Shown here piece by piece: positions 50,524 through 51,596 of a DNA stretch of 51,596 nucleotides. A model generated the notes under the pieces. The model was not told the origin of the DNA and searched no databases. It saw only the letters and a program-made list of their open reading frames with translations. A program made the translations under genes and the position numbers. Location: positions 1 to 51,596 of the IMG/VR virus record IMGVR_UViG_3300035144_000007. One strand, 5' to 3'. The stretch is from a virus (Duplodnaviria; Caudoviricetes). Every line of letters starts with the position of its first letter. Positions within the stretch are counted from its first letter, which is position 1.

Positions 50524-50937
50524 TCAACTGATCCCCACCGCGCCAACAGGATACCCTGCCGCATCCCGACGCCTGTAGTAGTCCTCATTCTCCTCATCGC
50601 AGGCCGGGCAGAGTGGTTGGCCATCGGTAGGAGTGTTGCATCGCATACACTCAACCTGTTCGAGGTGGTCGGCGTGGGACGGGTTAGAGCACCAGCAAGC
50701 GGCACAGCGGGTATCGGTCGGATTGTCGACAAAAAACTCTGTGCCGCAATCGTCGCAGGTTGCAGTGTGCATCTCGTTTACGCGAATGGTATATTGGACC
50801 TTTAGCACTTGTTGCAGTTGTGTTGCGAGAACATGTGCCGCATTGCTGTTATCGCCACCATCGATCTGCACTTTGACAGTAGTGCCCTCCATAATCTCTA
50901 TGAAGTATGGCATTATTCTTGCTCCTTCTATTTCCAC
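50524..50937 (-). CDS. Zn-finger hypothetical protein
   Basis: Four CxxC pairs. Confidence 0.65.
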   Translation of the reverse strand: MEIEGARIMPYFIEIMEGTTVKVQIDGGDNSNAAHVLATQLQQVLKVQYTIRVNEMHTATCDDCGTEFFVDNPTDTRCAACWCSNPSHADHLEQVECMRCNTPTDGQPLCPACDEENEDYYRRRDAAGYPVGAVGIS

Positions 50938-51152
50938 ATCCGATCTGAATCGAGGGAGTGGGGGGGGCGTTTGCGCTGAGAAGGCAGAAGTTCTACTCTC
51001 CGCTCGTTCTGCATCTCCTCCAGAATGCCAATGAGGGCGGCGGCGATGGATTGGAGAGCAAATTCTTGCGCATCGTCAGTTTGTGCTTTCCTGCTAGATT
51101 CCCAGGCATCCCTCGCTTTCTCCAGATAGTCATCCATTGGTAACTCTCCTTT

Positions 51153-51350
51153 TCAAAGTAGGCCGGCAATGACTCGCTCGGCCTGTTCCGGGTCGTCAAA
51201 AATCTCGTTGTACCTTGACCACTGACGACGAATGAATCGAAACGCACCAGAAAATGTATGGCCGTATCTCTGCGCTACCTCCTGGATAGCCTTAATGTCA
51301 TCATTCTGTAAGTAGACGTTCCGCGCTGTCCCTCTAGTTCCGTCTTCCAT
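51153..51350 (-). CDS. Ribbon-helix-helix-like regulator
   Basis: RNVYL...D...I..A...G..FSGA.R.I pattern; first gene after a strong promoter. Confidence 0.65.
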   Translation of the reverse strand: MEDGTRGTARNVYLQNDDIKAIQEVAQRYGHTFSGAFRFIRRQWSRYNEIFDDPEQAERVIAGLL

Positions 51351-51370
51351 TTCCTTACCTCCTGTGGCTC

Positions 51371-51399
51371 ATTATAGCACACCCTATCACATTTGTCAA
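51371..51399 (-). promoter_or_regulatory. Consensus promoter, leftward
   Basis: TTGACA-17 nt-TATAAT with TG. Confidence 0.9.
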
Positions 51400-51415
51400 T
51401 ACCCAATTTTGGTGG

Positions 51416-51444
51416 TTGACAACGGTGGTGCAATCTGCTATAAT
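51416..51444 (+). promoter_or_regulatory. Consensus promoter, rightward (back-to-back with the leftward one)
   Basis: TTGACA-17 nt-TATAAT with TG. Confidence 0.9.
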
Positions 51445-51463
51445 ATACATGTGCCGTTCTGGT

Positions 51464-51596
51464 ACATTTTGATGTTCTCCTTGTATATGCCTGGCGGGTT
51501 GAGAGCGGGCAGGGGGTGGGATGGAGAGAACGAAAACTGGATAGATGCCTCCCCGCCAGGCGGCAATTATCGAAAATCTTAATTTTTGCGGAGGGG
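51464..51596. repeat. Terminal direct repeat, right copy
   Basis: Matches nt 1-115 exactly, then diverges. Confidence 0.95.

Noticed and set aside
51364-51582. 72-aa ORF across the divergent promoters
   Set aside because: It runs through both promoter boxes and has no SD

Overview
This window is an apparently complete ~51.5 kb tailed (siphovirus-like) phage genome. The first 115 nt recur exactly at 51464-51578. The host is inferred to be Chloroflexota (Anaerolineae-like) from an EAD7-like domain, an FGE-domain gene and the style of the large glycan-hydrolase gene. The + strand (2-27.6 kb) carries packaging, head, tail and putative lysis genes. The - strand (27.6-51.4 kb) carries early, replication and recombination genes. 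No integrase, CRISPR array, cas1/cas2/cas6 or reverse transcriptase is visible. Main observations: (1) an array-less type IV-B-like CRISPR effector operon (csf1, csf2, HTH, cysH-like, glycosyltransferase, csf3), whose Cas7/Csf2 appears to carry a Cas11-like helical domain inserted in it and which is bracketed by repeated methyltransferase scars; (2) a head morphogenesis gene with an in-frame TGA where a Cys is expected, followed by a bacterial SECIS-like hairpin (candidate phage selenoprotein); (3) an early operon of small genes punctuated by type III hammerhead ribozymes (two canonical, one with an altered core and inserted hairpin, two remnants) and a 44-bp G-U-rich hairpin; (4) twin 23-aa peptides next to a membrane protein and an EAD7-like protein; (5) an orphan DGR-style variable region; (6) three tandem paralogs between the terminase genes; (7) a C4-like antisense RNA upstream of the replication initiator. 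Family assignments are from motif recognition by eye; no searches were run.
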